DNA of 63,968 nt, counting the filler, from Neolecta irregularis DAH-3 (taxonomy: Eukaryota), in assembly GCA_001929475.1 (NCBI GenBank). It is 3 parts of 3 records of this genome, joined end to end, with 100 filler letters (N's around TTAATTAATTAA, not from the genome) between each part and the next. Parts side by side here need not be neighbours in the genome. Positions count along the whole stretch, not along the records: positions 60,710 to 63,968 come from LXFE01000290.1; 2 more parts are not named here. The stretch is one strand, 5' to 3'. Both the position numbers and the translations under genes were made by a program. This document shows positions 63,833 through 63,968 of the stretch, one piece after another. Position 1 is the stretch's first letter, and each line of letters begins with the position of its first letter. The notes under the pieces are model-generated. The model did no database searches, was not told the origin of the DNA, and saw nothing but the letters and a program-made list of their open reading frames with translations.

Positions 63833-63968
63833 TGTTTTAAACTTGATTTTGGCAGTGTGCCACTATTGGTTATTTCCTGTCACTGCAGGAAATAAATCTT
63901 TGTGAGATTTTCATTACCAATAAATCTAACTTCAATTTGCCTTGCCTCTACAAAATTCCCTTTACCAA

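Overview
Compact, intron-rich ascomycete genomic DNA with two 100-nt scaffold gaps (31904-32003, 60610-60709). Rec8, SMN, eIF3h and a Sib1/SidC-like NRPS, together with very short introns, point to Taphrinomycotina, possibly Neolecta; that assignment is inference only. Reconstructing exons by hand gives about 18 protein genes: P4-ATPase flippase (5' truncated), rec8, rad16/XPF, a 17-kb ferrichrome-type siderophore NRPS, Mrs2, ZCCHC9-like, an orphan ORF, eIF3h, Med5, an APH-like kinase, Lcb1, SMN, a secreted Ser/Thr-rich protein, steroid 5-alpha reductase, glutathione reductase, SERF, a membrane protein, secreted GH37 trehalase and Sgd1/NOM1. Also present are two weaker multi-exon candidates, two short solo LTRs with 5-bp TSDs, tandem repeats and a dead hAT transposase. 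Main points of interest: (1) roughly 90 introns, mostly 31-45 nt, whose splice sites look unusually relaxed, with one GA-AG, one GG-AG, four GC-AG and six GAG acceptors needed to restore conserved proteins; (2) an NRPS with four full A domains plus a sixth-module A remnant, close to the proposed ancestral hexamodular form; (3) a hAT transposase whose recognisable lesions are all C>T/G>A transitions, resembling RIP; (4) strong GC-skew switches that do not follow gene orientation. Exon boundaries were read manually and have no transcript support.
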